Part shown: positions 1-12,992 of the stretch, piece by piece
How positions within the stretch are numbered: the stretch's first letter is position 1
Layout of the letters: each line of letters begins with the position of its first letter
Source: Octopus vulgaris
Taxonomy: Eukaryota
Reading direction: 5' to 3'
Assembly: GCA_951406725.2 (NCBI GenBank)
Contig: OX597822.1
Coordinates: forward strand, 38,750,001-38,814,000
DNA length: 64,000 bases
Notes under the pieces: generated by a model
Told to the model about the DNA's origin: nothing
The model's input: only the letters and a program-made list of their open reading frames with translations
Database searches by the model: none
Translations under genes and position numbers: made by a program

Positions 1-417
1 AGTCATTTATATCAACCCCAGTGTTCAATTGGTACTTATTTTATTGACCCCAGAAGGATGAAAGGTTAAGTCGACCTCGGTGGCATTTGAACCCTGAATG
101 AAAAATCAGATGAAATGCTGCCAAGCATTTTTTCGGTGCAGTAATGATTCTGCCAGCTTACCACATTATGGAAGACATATATTAGCTGTTCAAAAACACA
201 TAAAATCTGCAGTAGAACCTATTAGTAACCAGGTTGCAATTGGTGCAGTGGAAATCTTGATACCAAATAATAAATGTTTAAGTGAAGTTAACAGATTTTG
301 TGTTTTTGAATGGTTAATATGTCTTGTACACCGTAACTGTATGTGTGTGTGTGTGTATAGGAATATATTACACAATTTATGCCAACAGAGGAAGCTGTTG
401 AAGTAGTGATCTCTCTT

Positions 418-488
<71 letters not shown>

Positions 489-1112
489 CACACACACATA
501 TGCACACACAAATATAGAGTTTCTTAAATTGCCAAAATCCAGTGCAAATTGGCAGCTGAAAGGTGTATTTAGCAACACTAACAAGAACAACATAAGCAGC
601 AATTACATTGGTGGCTTGGCTTGCTAGAAATAACAACTAAATCTCCCACAAATCAAAGCCTATGACATAAAAAACAGGAAGGATATGTTGGTGAGTGTAG
701 TCTTTATAATAAATGTTACAATATGGGGTCAGAAGACGAGCCCTTAAATCTGCTCATAGGGAAGCAGACCTGGGGATAAAACAGTAACAACATCCAATAT
801 ATAAAGTATTATCATAGGAAGGATGTTCCACCTTAAATCTGCTATTAATTCATGTTTTAAGGGTGGTTGTGTATGTGGGCTTGTGTGCATGTGTGTGAAT
901 ATGTGTGTGAGTGAGAGAGATCACCCTAGTGATTGTATACATATGTGTTAATGTGTGTGTGTGTTTGTGTGTGTGTACAACTACAATATGTAATCCATGA
1001 AAAGGTGGGTGAAACTCAATACAGATTTGGTACAGTAGTTAGTAGAATATCAAAGAGAGAGAGACAGACAGATAGACAGACAGAAAATGGAGGCTAACAG
1101 ATACACACACTA

Positions 1113-1331
1113 TATTCTTTTCTACTCTAGGCACAAGGCTTGAAATTTTGGGGGAGGAGGTCAGTCGACTAGACCAATCCGAGTACGCAACTGCTACTTA
1201 ACTTATCGACCCCTGAAAGGCTGAAAGGCAAAGTCGACCTTGGCGGAGTTTGAACTCAGAACATAAAGACAGATGAAATACCACTAAGCATTTCACCCGG
1301 TGTGCTAACGTTTCTGCCAGCTCACCGCCTT
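1113..1331 (-). mobile_element. tRNA-derived SINE, family B (head GGCGGTGAGCTGGCAGAAACGTTAGCA; central GTCGACTTTGCCTTTCATCC domain)
   Basis: Minus-strand copy with B-box (GAGTTCAAAC). The same sequence recurs at 1-160, 17827-18020, 35244-35885, 39860-40060, 42790-42900, 43250-43760 and 46130-46990. Confidence 0.8.
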
Positions 1332-2301
1332 ACACACACACACACACTATATTGCTAATTAAAGAGATTAGGTGATTGCATTAGGAAGTGATGGTTCTCC
1401 ACTTGGGATATTACCATATTTTATACACTCATAAAACCATTATTTTTCATTGAATTTCTTTTGATTTCTCTGCCTACTTCACCTACTTTTTGTAATGTCC
1501 CTTACGCTGCCATTTTTGAGGCAATAATAAATGTAATCAGGTGTCGCCCTTTGGTAAGAAGTTTGCTTCTCAACCACATGGTTCTGGGTTCAGTCCCACC
1601 ATGTGACACCTTGGGCAACTGTCTTCTACAATAGCCTTAGGCTGTCCAAAGCCTTGTGAGTAGATTTGGTGGATGGAAACTAAAAGAAGCACCTCAAGTA
1701 TGTGTGTGTGTGTGTGTGTTTGTCTCCCACCCACCACTTGACAACCAGTGTCGGTGTGTTTACATCCCTGTATCTTAGTGATTTAACAAAAGAGATGTAA
1801 TAGAATAAGTATACACACACACACACACACACACACATTAGGGTGGAGCACCAGTATATTTGCCAGAGCTTCAGACAAAAATGCCATAGTTTTGTTCTGG
1901 CCCTTTGTGTTCTGAGTTCAAATTCTGCTAACATCAGCTTTTCACCATTCCTTGGTTGATGAAATATAAAGTACCAGTCAAGTACTGGGGGGTTGATGCA
2001 ACCAAGTAATACCCCACCATCACATGACAACCGGGGCTGGTTTGTTTGTGTCCACATAATTTAGCAGTTCAACAAAAGAGACTGATAGAATAAGTACCGG
2101 GCTTAAAAAGAAAGAAAAATAAAAAGACTGGGGTGATTTGCTTGACTAAAACTGACAACACCAACATCCTCTGAACGATTAGCCAGAGATGATTTTTAAA
2201 ATGAGAATATCTGAAATAAACTCAACTGCTCTCACAAATGAGAATACTAAAATTGAACCCAACCGCTCTCAAAAATTTTAAAAACAGGAAAAATAATTCA
2301 G

Positions 2302-2779
2302 GATACAAAATATAAAGATTAGTCACATACCCGGTTTCATTGTTACCATGTATGTAATACATACGTAAATGTCTACAATTCATCAGTGTGACTGTCATAG
2401 AAAAATATAATTTGCAGAATTATACACAAGACGTCCACATGAGATTGAACATGCATATAGTTCTACCAATTACATTTGGGATTATATTTCTCTATTTGGT
2501 GTCATGTTCTCTAACCGGCAAAATTCATTGCAGAGAATTATTTTCTGGAGAATTATTTCCGGTATTTTGGCGCACCAAAGGAAAGACTTTTGAAATATAA
2601 CCCCAAATGTAATGGTAGAACTATATGCATATTCAATCTCATGTGAATGTCTCGTGCATAGTTCTGCAAATTATATTTTGTTATGACGGTCACACTGATG
2701 AATTGTGGACATTTACTTCTGTATTACGTAAGTGATAACAATGAAACCAGGTATGTGACTAATCTTTATATTTTGTATC
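2302..2779. repeat. Long inverted repeat / foldback (MITE-like), ~190-bp arms with ~100-bp spacer
   Basis: Left arm 2302-2490 (GATACAAAATATAAAGATTAGTCACATAC...ATTATATTTC) is the imperfect reverse complement of right arm 2592-2779 (GAAATATAA...GTATGTGACTAATCTTTATATTTTGTATC). Confidence 0.9.
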
Positions 2780-3118
2780 TTTTCATCTGTCTTGCTCACT
2801 TACGTTCTGGCGTTTGCTAAATTTTCTTGAGAACAATCTTTTCTTAGTGGTCAGACCATATGGGGTCTACATCTAGCATATTGGATGTCCACTTAGTGGT
2901 CATCCCTCCTATATGTTTGTAATATAATTTTTCTGAATCTTCAGGTTTTTTTCAATATGCTAGGCCACTGGTTTTAAACTGATTTTAATCAAATTAATAT
3001 TAAATTTTTCACCATTATTATTTAAATTATATATATATATATATATATATCACACTATAGAACATGGAGATGAGCAAGTCTCCATATTCTATATCATTAT
3101 TATTATTTCTTATATATA

Positions 3119-4402
3119 TTGGGTCATCCCATAAATAATGCATTTTTTTTTCAGTTGCATAAAGTAAAAGTCTGAGGTGGGTGGGATAAACTACCTGCAT
3201 CAACTTTCTATAAAAGCAGGTAGTAATTTTACCTTATTCTTAGTACAAGTTTTGAAGAGTGCAGTTCGATTTTAACAGTTAATTTTTCAAAACTATAATG
3301 GAAGAGACAAAGGAACACATTTGGTATATTTTGCTTTGTAAGTTCAATAAAGGCAACAATGCAACGGAAAGTACAAGGAATATTAATGCAGTATATGGGG
3401 ATCGGACAATAAGCATAAGCCAGAGTCAATGGTGGTTCCAGAAATCTCGAGCTAGAAACTACAGCCTAAAAGATGAGCCTCATCCTGGAAGATCTATAGA
3501 GCTCAATGAGGATATCCTGAAAAACCTGGTGGAACAAAATCTCATCATAACTGTTGAGGAACTAGTAGAGAAGCTTGGATTTGGTCATTCAACCATTCAT
3601 CGACACCTGTGTGCCATCAGAAAAGGCAGCAAATTGGGTCACTGGGTTCCTCACAAACATTCCAAGTCTAATTGTGCACAGAAAGTGAATGTGTGCTCTT
3701 CTTTGCTGTGACACCTCACAAATGAACCTGTTTTGGACCGAATAGTGACTGGTGATGAGAAATGGATTCTCTATAAAAATGTCAAGTGCAGAAGACAGTA
3801 GATAGGGAAAGGAGAAACACCAACAACCCTGGTTAAAGAAGGTCATCACCCATGTAAGGTGTTGTTATCTGTTTAGTGGGATATGAAAGATTTAGTCCAA
3901 TTTGATCTTTTAAACCCAAACCAAATGATAACAAAGGAGATCTACTGAAGCAGTTTGAGCAGCTTAAGTGAGTGCTAGAAGAAAAACAACCTTCTTTGGT
4001 TTGAAGACAAAAGGAGTTCCACCATCAGGATAATGCTCAACTACATACAGTGAGGATTACATTCCAAAGGTCGGAGCAGTTCGAATGGGAAACGATGCCT
4101 GAACCATCATATTCGCCAGATATTGCTCCATCTGATTATCATTTATTCCACAGTCTTCAAAATCATTTGTATGGAAAATATATGAATTCTGTAGACAAGG
4201 TCAGAACAGAACTGGAGGAGTATTTTTTTTATCATGGACAAGTGAATTTTGAAAGAGGGACTTTGCAAGTCTGCCAGAGAGATGGAAGATCATTGTAGAA
4301 AATGAAGGGGAGTATATTTTAGATTAAAAAAGAATTTTGCTTATCTTAATTTTGAAAAATAAAATAAGTATAAAAAACCACATTATTTATGGGATGACCC
4401 AA
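3119..4402 (+). mobile_element. Full-length mariner DNA transposon (DD34D), inactive
   Basis: Identical 22-bp TIRs TTGGGTCATCCCATAAATAATG (3119-3140 and 4381-4402), flanked by TA, 1284 bp long, with a transposase relic inside. Confidence 0.95.
3298..4327 (+). pseudogene. Mariner transposase pseudogene
   Basis: N-terminal HTH region, WVPHKHS (WVPHEL motif), VTGDEKW, HQDNA and YSPDIAPSDYHLF, with 34 residues between the 2nd and 3rd Asp. Several stops (first at 3709) and frameshifts. Confidence 0.93.
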
Positions 4403-4411
4403 TATATATAC

Positions 4412-4454
<43 letters not shown>

Positions 4455-4971
4455 AGTAATAACAATAATGGTATAGAACATAGAGACTTGCACATCTCCA
4501 TGTTCTATATTGTTATAATTATTGCTAATATATACCCCAGACAATATTACCATCAAGTGAAGCAAAGGTGGAATTACCATCGGAAGAATTTACAGAGTAA
4601 CTGACAACTAATAGTAGTCACAGACGTTAAATATTGATTGATGTAGTTAGCCATAACCTAGAGCTTAACTGAGAGCCACCATAGTATCCATCCAGATAAT
4701 ATATCCCTCCAAATTCACACACACACACATATGTGAAGGCATATGATCTAGTAGTTAGGCTCCATGATCGCTTGATCACGGGTTCAATTCCCCGACTGGG
4801 CGGTGTGTTGTTTTCTTGAGCAAAACACTTTATTTCACATTGCTTCCGCATTGGACACTCCTGAACCAGTTGTTGAGTGTCCCACCTGTGAGGGATCAAT
4901 GCTAGATGTGTTAAAAGTGTCAAGATTAATAATAAATTCTTGTACATTCCATCTTCCGTCTTTCATTTACC

Positions 4972-5012
<41 letters not shown>

Positions 5013-5013
<1 letters not shown>

Positions 5014-5450
5014 CATCATCATCATCGTTTAACGTCCGCTTTCCATGCTAGCATGGGTTGGACAATTTTGACAGAGGGCTGGCGAACCAGATGGCTGCAC
5101 CAGGCTCCAATCTTGATCTGGCAGAGTTTCTACAGCTGGATGCCCTTCCTAACGCCAACCACTCCGAGAGTGTAGTGGGTGCTTTTTACATACCACCGGC
5201 ATGGGGGCTAGTCAGGTGGTACTGGCAACGACCTTGCTCAAATGTTTTTACACATGCCACCGGCACAGGTGCCAATAGAGTGATGCTGGTAACAATCACG
5301 CTCGAATGGTGCCTTTTACACGCCACTGGCACAGAAGCCGGTTAGCCGCTCTGGCAACGATTATGCTCGGATGGTGCTCTTAGCACCCTACTAGCACGGG
5401 CACAAGTGCCAGTAAAGTGATGCTGGATACGAGCATACTCGAATGGTTGG
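5013..5450 (-). mobile_element. Short retroposon family D, (GAT)n-tailed with internal ~60-bp tandem repeats
   Basis: Plus strand reads CATCATCATCGTTTAACGTCCGCTTTCCATGC...CTGGATGCCCTTCCTAACGCCAACCAC. Related copies at 20668-20970, 31900-32315 (opposite strand), 32620-32850, 38745-38980, 40500-40770, 61000-61400 and 62471-62690. Confidence 0.8.
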
Positions 5451-5816
5451 CCTCAGGCTATAGTAGAAGACACTTGCCTAAGGTGCATGCCACACCGTAG
5501 AACTAAACCCAAACGTTGTTGGGAAGGAAGATTCTTAACCTTACAGACATGCCTGCAGCTTGTCTGTCTGTATACATTTACATATGCATTTCTTGCTTCG
5601 TATTCTGAACTCCTGATGGAGTCATGGGTGGGATGGGGTAGGGTGGTAGGGAGCATTGCAACACATGTGGTGTTTCGGGCATGTAAACCCACTCTCCAGG
5701 TATGAGCACAACTGGTTTCTTCCAGAGACAACAAAAGGAAGAAGAAAAAAAATGAGGGAAGATATCTCTCTCTTTGTCACTCACTCACTCTCTCTCTCTC
5801 TCTCTCTCACTCACTC

Positions 5817-5853
<37 letters not shown>

Positions 5854-6255
5854 GTATGTACACACACAGATATATATATATATATAAGTAAATATAAATA
5901 TATACATAAATACATATACACACACACATAAACACATACAGACAAGTAAATATAAATATATACATAAATACATATACACAAAGGTAAATATTTATACATA
6001 CACAACAAATATAAATACACACACACACACCATGTAAATATAAACATACACACAACACAAATATAAACACACACACACACTCAATCACTCAAACAAACAC
6101 ACATACACATTGCTAAGTATACATACACACAAAGAAAAACACTTTGAAAGCCATGCACTTAGATACAGCATTACGTTATCTCCAATGGTTAATGCTGTGT
6201 GTAGTGAGATAAACTTGATAAAATGTAATATCTCGTAACTCTCTCCTCCCCCTAG

Positions 6256-6346
6256 GATAACGCTACCACCCACATCATAGTCCGGTTATCTCGCAGCAAA
6301 TGTCTGCACAGGATGCAATCAACACCGCACTAGTCCAAACATTCAG
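6256..6346 (+). other. Candidate internal exon (91 bp), possibly containing a start codon (ATG 6300: MSAQDAINTALVQTF...)
   Basis: Unique CpG-containing island between microsatellites. Acceptor ctctctcctccccctag|G, donor CAG|gtgagc. Protein not recognised. Confidence 0.45.
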
Positions 6347-7352
6347 GTGAGCTAACGGTGCTGATTATACATATATCATCATCGTCATCATCATTATTAT
6401 TATTACATCATCATCATCATTATTATTATTACATCATCATCATCATCATCATTATTACATCATCATCATTCATTATTATTATTACTGTTACTATCCAATG
6501 TAACAACAACAACAACTATAATTTCTCAGTCAAGCATAAGGCCCTACATTTGGAGGGCGGGGTTAGATGATTACGTATCTAACTCACTACCTGAGCGGTG
6601 GCTGTATTTTATTGACCTTGACAGGATATGAACATCGAATAGAGAACAGACGCAATAAAATATGCTCAACTGATTCTAACGAAGCCATATGAATAATGAT
6701 TTCCAAGACAGACAACACAGGACAGGTATTTTAGAGATCAACCTACTTCAAAGCTACTTCATATAAATTAATTTTGTGTTTTACTTTTAAATTAGCAAGA
6801 TCGATAAATTAATATAGCAGTGAAATAGGAATTGTCTCAATGTTTTTTTTATCAAACTTTGAAGGTAATAAGAAAATTATCATTATTATTATTATTATTA
6901 TTATAACTACACATTAGATTATATATCAGACGCACTATATATATATATATATATGTACTACATATATTCTAGATTCAAAATATATGATATATTACATGAG
7001 ATATATTTTATACAATGTGTGTGTATGTGTGTGTGTGTGTACACATTATACCACATTATATGCAAGATATAAATAGAAGCCAACTGGGACTTGGTCAACC
7101 CCTGGCTTGGTCAACTGGGCAAAGGTGTCTGATGGTGAAAGACTCTAAACCTACTGAAACCCAAGAAACATCACTGACGACATGTCCCAGAGCATCTTAA
7201 AACTATATACAATATTATTTACAAGATATATATGATATATATCATATATTTAGCAAGTTCTAGAGAGGAACAAAAGTGCTAATAATAATGAAGAAATAAA
7301 AGGATTTTTTTCAAAAATTCTGAAGACTTTTTTCTCAATATTCAATTCTGTA

Positions 7353-7402
<50 letters not shown>

Positions 7403-7879
7403 TATTACATGCAAGGTATATATTATATTATGTTTTATGCAAGATATATGTACAACTATGTTTTATTGAAGATATATAATACAACTGTATATTATGTAAG
7501 CAACAATATTATATACAAGCTATATATTATATGTGAATTAAACTAAGTAAATGAATTCATGTTAGTTTCAATAATAAAGATTCAGTTGATCAATCAATCA
7601 AATTATGCATAATCTGAATTAACATGTATGTGGCTGAGTATTCCACAGACACATGTATCATTAATGTAATCCTCAGGTAGAATATAGGTACAATCTATCC
7701 TCATCATCATCATTTTTACATTTTTTCTTTTGTGCTGACATGAATCAGACCACTCACAAGCTTCAAGGTGATGCACAAGCACTTGGCTCTGAGTGCACTG
7801 CATCTAATAGCAGAAACAGCTGTAAGCCAATGATGTGCTGATTGTATAATTCCCATTCCTTTGTCATTTATTTAATGAT

Positions 7880-7913
<34 letters not shown>

Positions 7914-8404
7914 CACAGGCATGGCAGTGTGATGAAGAAGTTTGCTTCCCAACCACATGGGTTTCGGTTCAGTCCCACAGTGTTCAGTCCTTTGAGCAAG
8001 TGTCTTCTACTACAACCCTCAACCTTGGGAGTAGATTTGGTAGACCGAAAACTGAAAGAAATCCCTACTGATTGACAGCTGGTGCTGGTTTGTTTACATT
8101 CCCCAAATTTAGCAGTTCAACAAAAAAGATCAACAGAATATTTATTAGACTTTGAAAGTAAGTACTGAGGTTCATTTGTTCAACTAAAACTTTTGAGGTC
8201 AAGGGATGCTCCAGCATGGCTTTATCCCAATGACTGAAACAATTTATATTTAATTCAAGCAGTGAAATCCATTGTAATCATCTCAAATTTGTCCTCAAGA
8301 CTGTCCTTCCTAGTTTTTTTGTTTTCATAACTGAAAATGTTTGGGTCACAAGTTCTCTCCTTTGGTTATCTTCAGGGGTCCACCATACCCCCTACAGCTA
8401 AGAT

Positions 8405-8835
8405 ATGGCTGTGTGGTTTGCTTCCCAACCACATGGTTCTGGGTTCAGTCCCACTGCATGGCTTCTTGGGCAAGTGTCTTCTACTATAGCCTCGGGTTGA
8501 CCAAAGCCTTGTGAGTGGATTTGGAAGATGGAAACTGAAAGAAACCTGTCGTATATATATATATATACATATATATTTGTATATGTATATATACATGTAT
8601 ATGTATATATACATGTATATATTTGTATATGTGTCTTTATGTTGTGTTTGTTCCCCACCATTGCTTGAAAACTGATGTTGGTATGTTTATGTCCCCATAA
8701 CTTAGTGGTTCGGCAAAAGAGTCTGATAGAATAAGTACTAGGCTTACACAGAATAAATCTTAGGGTCAATTTCTTCGACTAAAAAGCAGTGCTCCAGCAT
8801 GGCAACAGTCAAATGACTGAAACAAGTAAAAGGAT
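8405..8835 (+). mobile_element. tRNA-derived SINE, family A (near full length)
   Basis: Head TGGCTGTGTGG...GGTTCAGTCCC, central CTTGGGCAAGTGTCTT, internal (TA/TG)n tract, tail GCTCCAGCATGGC-CAGTCAAATGACTG-AAACAAGTAAAA. Confidence 0.85.
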
Positions 8836-8869
8836 AAAAAAATGTGTGCATGTGTGTGTGTGTGTGTGT

Positions 8870-9272
8870 ATTCCTTTACCTGTTTCAGTCATTTGACTGC
8901 AGCCATGCTGGAGCACCGTCTTAAAAGGGTTTTTAATTGAAGAAATTGCCCCAGGATTTATTATTTGTAAGCCTAGTACTTATTCTATTGGTCTCTTTTG
9001 CCGAACCACTAATTTATAGGGACAGAAACACACTGCCATTGGTTGTTAAGTGATGGAGGGGGACAAACACAGACACATGCACACATAAACATATACATAC
9101 ACATAAATGCATACAAAGGGTTTTCTTTCAGTTTCCGTCTACCAGATCCACTTACAAGATTTTGGTCAGCCTGGGGCTGTAGAAGAAGACACTTGCCCAA
9201 GGTGTCATGCAGTGGGACTGAACCCAGAACCATGTGGTTGGGAGGCAAACTTCTTACCACACATTCCTGCCA
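8870..9272 (-). mobile_element. tRNA-derived SINE, family A
   Basis: Reverse-complement copy lying tail-to-tail with the 8405-8835 copy. Confidence 0.85.
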
Positions 9273-10323
9273 TATGTATGTATGTGTGTGTGTGTGTACA
9301 CATGTACCAGTGTCATCATGACCGTCACTATTGGTGCTAGTACTGCAAATGCTACTATTCTCACCACACACACATACACACACACAAATATTACTACATT
9401 GACAACAGCCGCCACCACCACCACCACTACCACCACAACTACCACACCACCTCAGCTATTACTACCACCACAACCACTGCAACAACTATCTATGCCCCCA
9501 CCACCATCACCACCACCATCACCATCACCACCACCATCACCATCACCACCACCACCACCACAGGTAGTAGTGGACCTACTGTGTCGGACACAGGTGAGGT
9601 ATGAGTAGAAGGGGAGAGACATGTATAATAAGAGAGGGGGAGTGTGATGTAAATGCTGGGAAGAATAAGAAGAGGGGGAGTTGAAGTGAAATATGTGATA
9701 AGAATTGTGATGGTGGTGATGATGACGATAGACTATGATGATGGAAGGCTATGATGAAGCTAGCGAATACGATGACGATGATGATATAGACAAGTGTAAT
9801 GACATGTAATATGTGTGTATGTGTGTGAAAAACACGTGTGTGTGTATGTGTGTGTGAAAAGTATGTGTGTGTGTGTGTGTACAATATATGTGTAGAATGT
9901 GTTTCTATGTATATATGTGTAAGTTGTCTATTTACTGTATGTATGAGTTTCATGTGCTTAGTGCGTATGTGTGTATTTGTGTGTGTGTGTGTGTGTCCTT
10001 ATCTTGACATTGCATGTTAGTTGTAAATGAGTGTCATTGTCATACAAGCAGTGTCGTTTTTTTCAAATAATCTGCAGGAAAATGTCTAGCCATGGAGGAA
10101 ATATTTCTTCGCTTGGAAACAGGTGAAGGTTGGCAAGAGGAAGGTCATCGGGCCATAGACCAGTCTGCCTCAAATAAATCTCTGTCTGGTCCATGTGGTC
10201 ATAATAAAGTGGACATTAGTGGCTGATGATGTAATATAATTCCGTTTTGTATCAGTGAATCTCAAGCATATAAAGCTAGAAATAGCTGTGAGTTAAAACC
10301 CTTTTAGACACAAAAATTCAAAA

Positions 10324-10393
10324 GCAGTCCATGGGATTTGAACCCACATCTCCTGTAGACAAGACAGGTGCCCTGCCATTGGACCAAAGCAAT
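10324..10393 (-). pseudogene. tRNA-like sequence, anticodon TGT (Thr); pseudogene or solitary SINE head
   Basis: Minus strand has D-arm TGGTCCAATGGCAGGGC, anticodon arm CCTGT-CTTGTCT-ACAGG and T-arm GTGGG-TTCAAAT-CCCAT. The acceptor stem does not pair. Confidence 0.6.
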
Positions 10394-11008
10394 ATATGTG
10401 TGTGTTTGTTAGACCCTATTGCCACCTCTGGACAACAGGTGTTGGTTTACTTATATATTCAACTAAAACTTTTGTGCCCCAGCATTGCCACTGTCCAAAG
10501 ACTGAAACAAGAAATGAACAGAAAATAGAAAATTAAAAAATAAAGACTGCTTTGTGGTATCTGTGTTCTGAGTTCAAATCCTGCCGCAGTCTACTTGAAT
10601 ACTTTTAGCAGTGTCTACCCTTTAATAAGCATTTGGATTTAGCCAAGGTCTTCAGTTTGAGGACATCCTTGTCTGAGAGGCTCTGTAAAGGGTCATAAGT
10701 ATTGTACTTCTCTTCTAAATAACTTACTCCATCTGAGGATTACAATATGAGAACAGATTCCTGTGGAATGTATTTCTTTTATCTTTTACTTGTTTTATTC
10801 ATTAGATTGTGGTCATGCTGGAGCACTGCCTTGAAGAATTTTACTCAAAAAAATCAATTCCAGTCATTATTTTTGTTTTCAGCCTTGTAGTTATTCTAAT
10901 GGTCTCTTTTGCCGAACCACTAAGTTATGGGGACGTAAACACATCAACACTGGTTGTCAAGTGATGGTGGGGGGACACACATATACACAAAGACACACAT
11001 AGATATAG

Positions 11009-11054
<46 letters not shown>

Positions 11055-11065
11055 TTTTTATTTTA

Positions 11066-11426
11066 TTCTTTTACTTGTTTCAGTCATCTGACTGTGGCCA
11101 TGCTGAAGCACCGCCTTTAGGCAAACAAATCATCCCCAGGACTTATTCTTTGTAAGCCTAGTACTTATTCAATTGGATTCTTTTGCCAAACCACTAAGTT
11201 AAGGGGACATAAACACACCAAAATCAGTTGTCACACACACACATACACACATATATACTATGGGCTTCTTTCAGTTTCTGTCTACCAAATCCACTCACAA
11301 AGCTTTGGTCGGCCTGAGGCTATAGTAGAAGAAGACACTTGCCCAAGGTGCCACAGAGTGGGACTGAACCTGGAACCATGTGGTTGGTAAGCAAGCCTCT
11401 TAGCACACAGCCAAGCCTGTGCCTAC
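11066..11426 (-). mobile_element. tRNA-derived SINE, family A (within a cluster spanning 10775-11570)
   Basis: Same head, body and tail as other family A copies. Confidence 0.8.
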
Positions 11427-11684
11427 ATGATAGGCTGCTTTCATTTTCCATCTACCAAATCCACACCCAAGCCTGGGGCTAGAAGAGTAGACACCCAAGG
11501 TGCCACACAGTGCAACTGAACCTAGAACCATGTGAGTATGGTGCAAACTTCTTACTACACAACCATTTACACACAAAGTGACAGTGATTCTGTACATTAA
11601 GTGTACATGTATACTCACCTACTTGCAAAATACATCACAGTTTCTACCTGAGAATTATATTACAGGTGCCATATTGTATAGTAT

Positions 11685-11990
11685 TGTTGTATAGTGAAAC
11701 AGTATCCCCCACTCGGTAAAAAGTGGTAGGGCTCAGCCATTATAAATAGACCATTAGCCGACAGTCAATAGAGTGTCGAGAGTCGAAGAGTTGAGAATCG
11801 ACTGTTCTAGTCGGTGTCTAGTGGAACTCTCAGTGATAGTAAGACAGAAGTTAGTGTATTACAATTCCGGTACAAAGAGATACAACATTATTCAATGACT
11901 AGAAACTATTGTGGCTACTAGCGTGAAACAGCAACTACAGTACAATGGCAATTACACATCACACCAGTGGGAGGAACCCACTTTACAACA
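11685..11990 (+). mobile_element. Solo LTR (306 bp)
   Basis: TG...CA ends with 12-bp imperfect inverted termini TGTTGTATAGTG / CACTTTACAACA and internal TATAAATA at ~11741. Flanks AGTAT / GGCAT could be a decayed 5-bp TSD. Confidence 0.7.
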
Positions 11991-12147
11991 GGCATATAAA
12001 GTTGAATTTTTCAGACCATGATTTATGGCCAGAAAGAGAGGTAGATTTACATAGAAAGACAGCTTTGGAGGACCAAAAATTTCATGTGAAATGCAGAAGG
12101 ATTTAGAAAGATAGTTATGATGTTTGAATGTTTATACATTTTCAAGT

Positions 12148-12457
12148 GAAGGCACGTGGCTTAGTGGTTAGGGTGTTTGGCTCACAATCACAAGGTCATG
12201 AGTTCAATTCCCAGTGACACATTGTGTCCTTGAGCAAGACACTTTATTTCATGTTGCTTTAGTCCACCCAGTTGGCAAAAATGAGTAGTACCTGTATTTC
12301 AAAGGACTAGCTTTGTCACACACTGAATCACCCCGAGAACTACTTTAAGGGTACACATGTCCGTGAAGTGCTCAACCACATGCATGTTAATTTCATAAGC
12401 ACGCTGTCCATTGACTGGATCAACTGGAACCCTCATCGTCATAACCAACGGCATACC
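12148..12457 (+). mobile_element. tRNA-derived SINE, family C
   Basis: Head GAAGGCACGTGGCTTAGTGGTTAGGG...GAGTTCAATTCC and central TGTGTCCTTGAGCAAGACACTTTATTTC. Relatives at 4735-4845, 16692-17002, 17757-18280, 21497-21820, 23070-23378, 24150-24453, 49585-49831 and 57888-58220. Confidence 0.85.
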
Positions 12458-12513
12458 AGTTATACTGTATGTTCACACTATATAGTATGTCAGCATGTTC
12501 ACACTATATAATA

Positions 12514-12887
12514 CAGGGTGATTTAAAAGTCTCCATACATAGGAAAAATTAATTTTTTTTATAAGAAACAGTTTATAAGATCCCCAAGATCCCCTGATCT
12601 GGCCCCTCTTGATTTCTATCTTTGGGGTCATTTGAAAGGCATGGTGTATTGAGGAAACATAAAAGACATAAATCATTTGAAGGAACGCATCACCAACTCA
12701 TTTGCATGAGTATCACCAGATGTGCTATTACGAGTTCACAATGAGTTGGGTAAACGTATTGCAATGTGTATTCAAAACAATGGTAACCATATAGAGCCTG
12801 TTAAATAAAAAAAGAAACTGTTCTTATAAAGTATTTCTTATAAAAAGATAAATTGTTCCTATGTATGGTGACTTTTGAATCACCCTG
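12514..12887 (+). mobile_element. Internally deleted Tc1/mariner-superfamily element (maT/rosa-like), 374 bp
   Basis: TA-flanked TIRs CAGGGTGATTTAAAAGTCTCCATACATAGGAA / TTCCTATGTATGGTGACTTTTGAATCACCCTG. Retains the transposase C-terminus PRSPDLAPLDFYLWGHLKGMVY*...RIAMCIQNNGNHIE. Confidence 0.9.
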
Positions 12888-12992
12888 TAGATGGACATTG
12901 ATTCTTGGTCTGGAATATTCAACCGTTTACATTATCATTCAGGAGTATGTAGTTATGTATGTATTCAAGGAGTATGTAGTTCTGTTCATTGA

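Noticed and set aside
12148-12215. tRNA-like heads of SINE families A-C as tRNA genes
   Set aside because: They lack an acceptor stem and continue into repeat bodies present in many copies.
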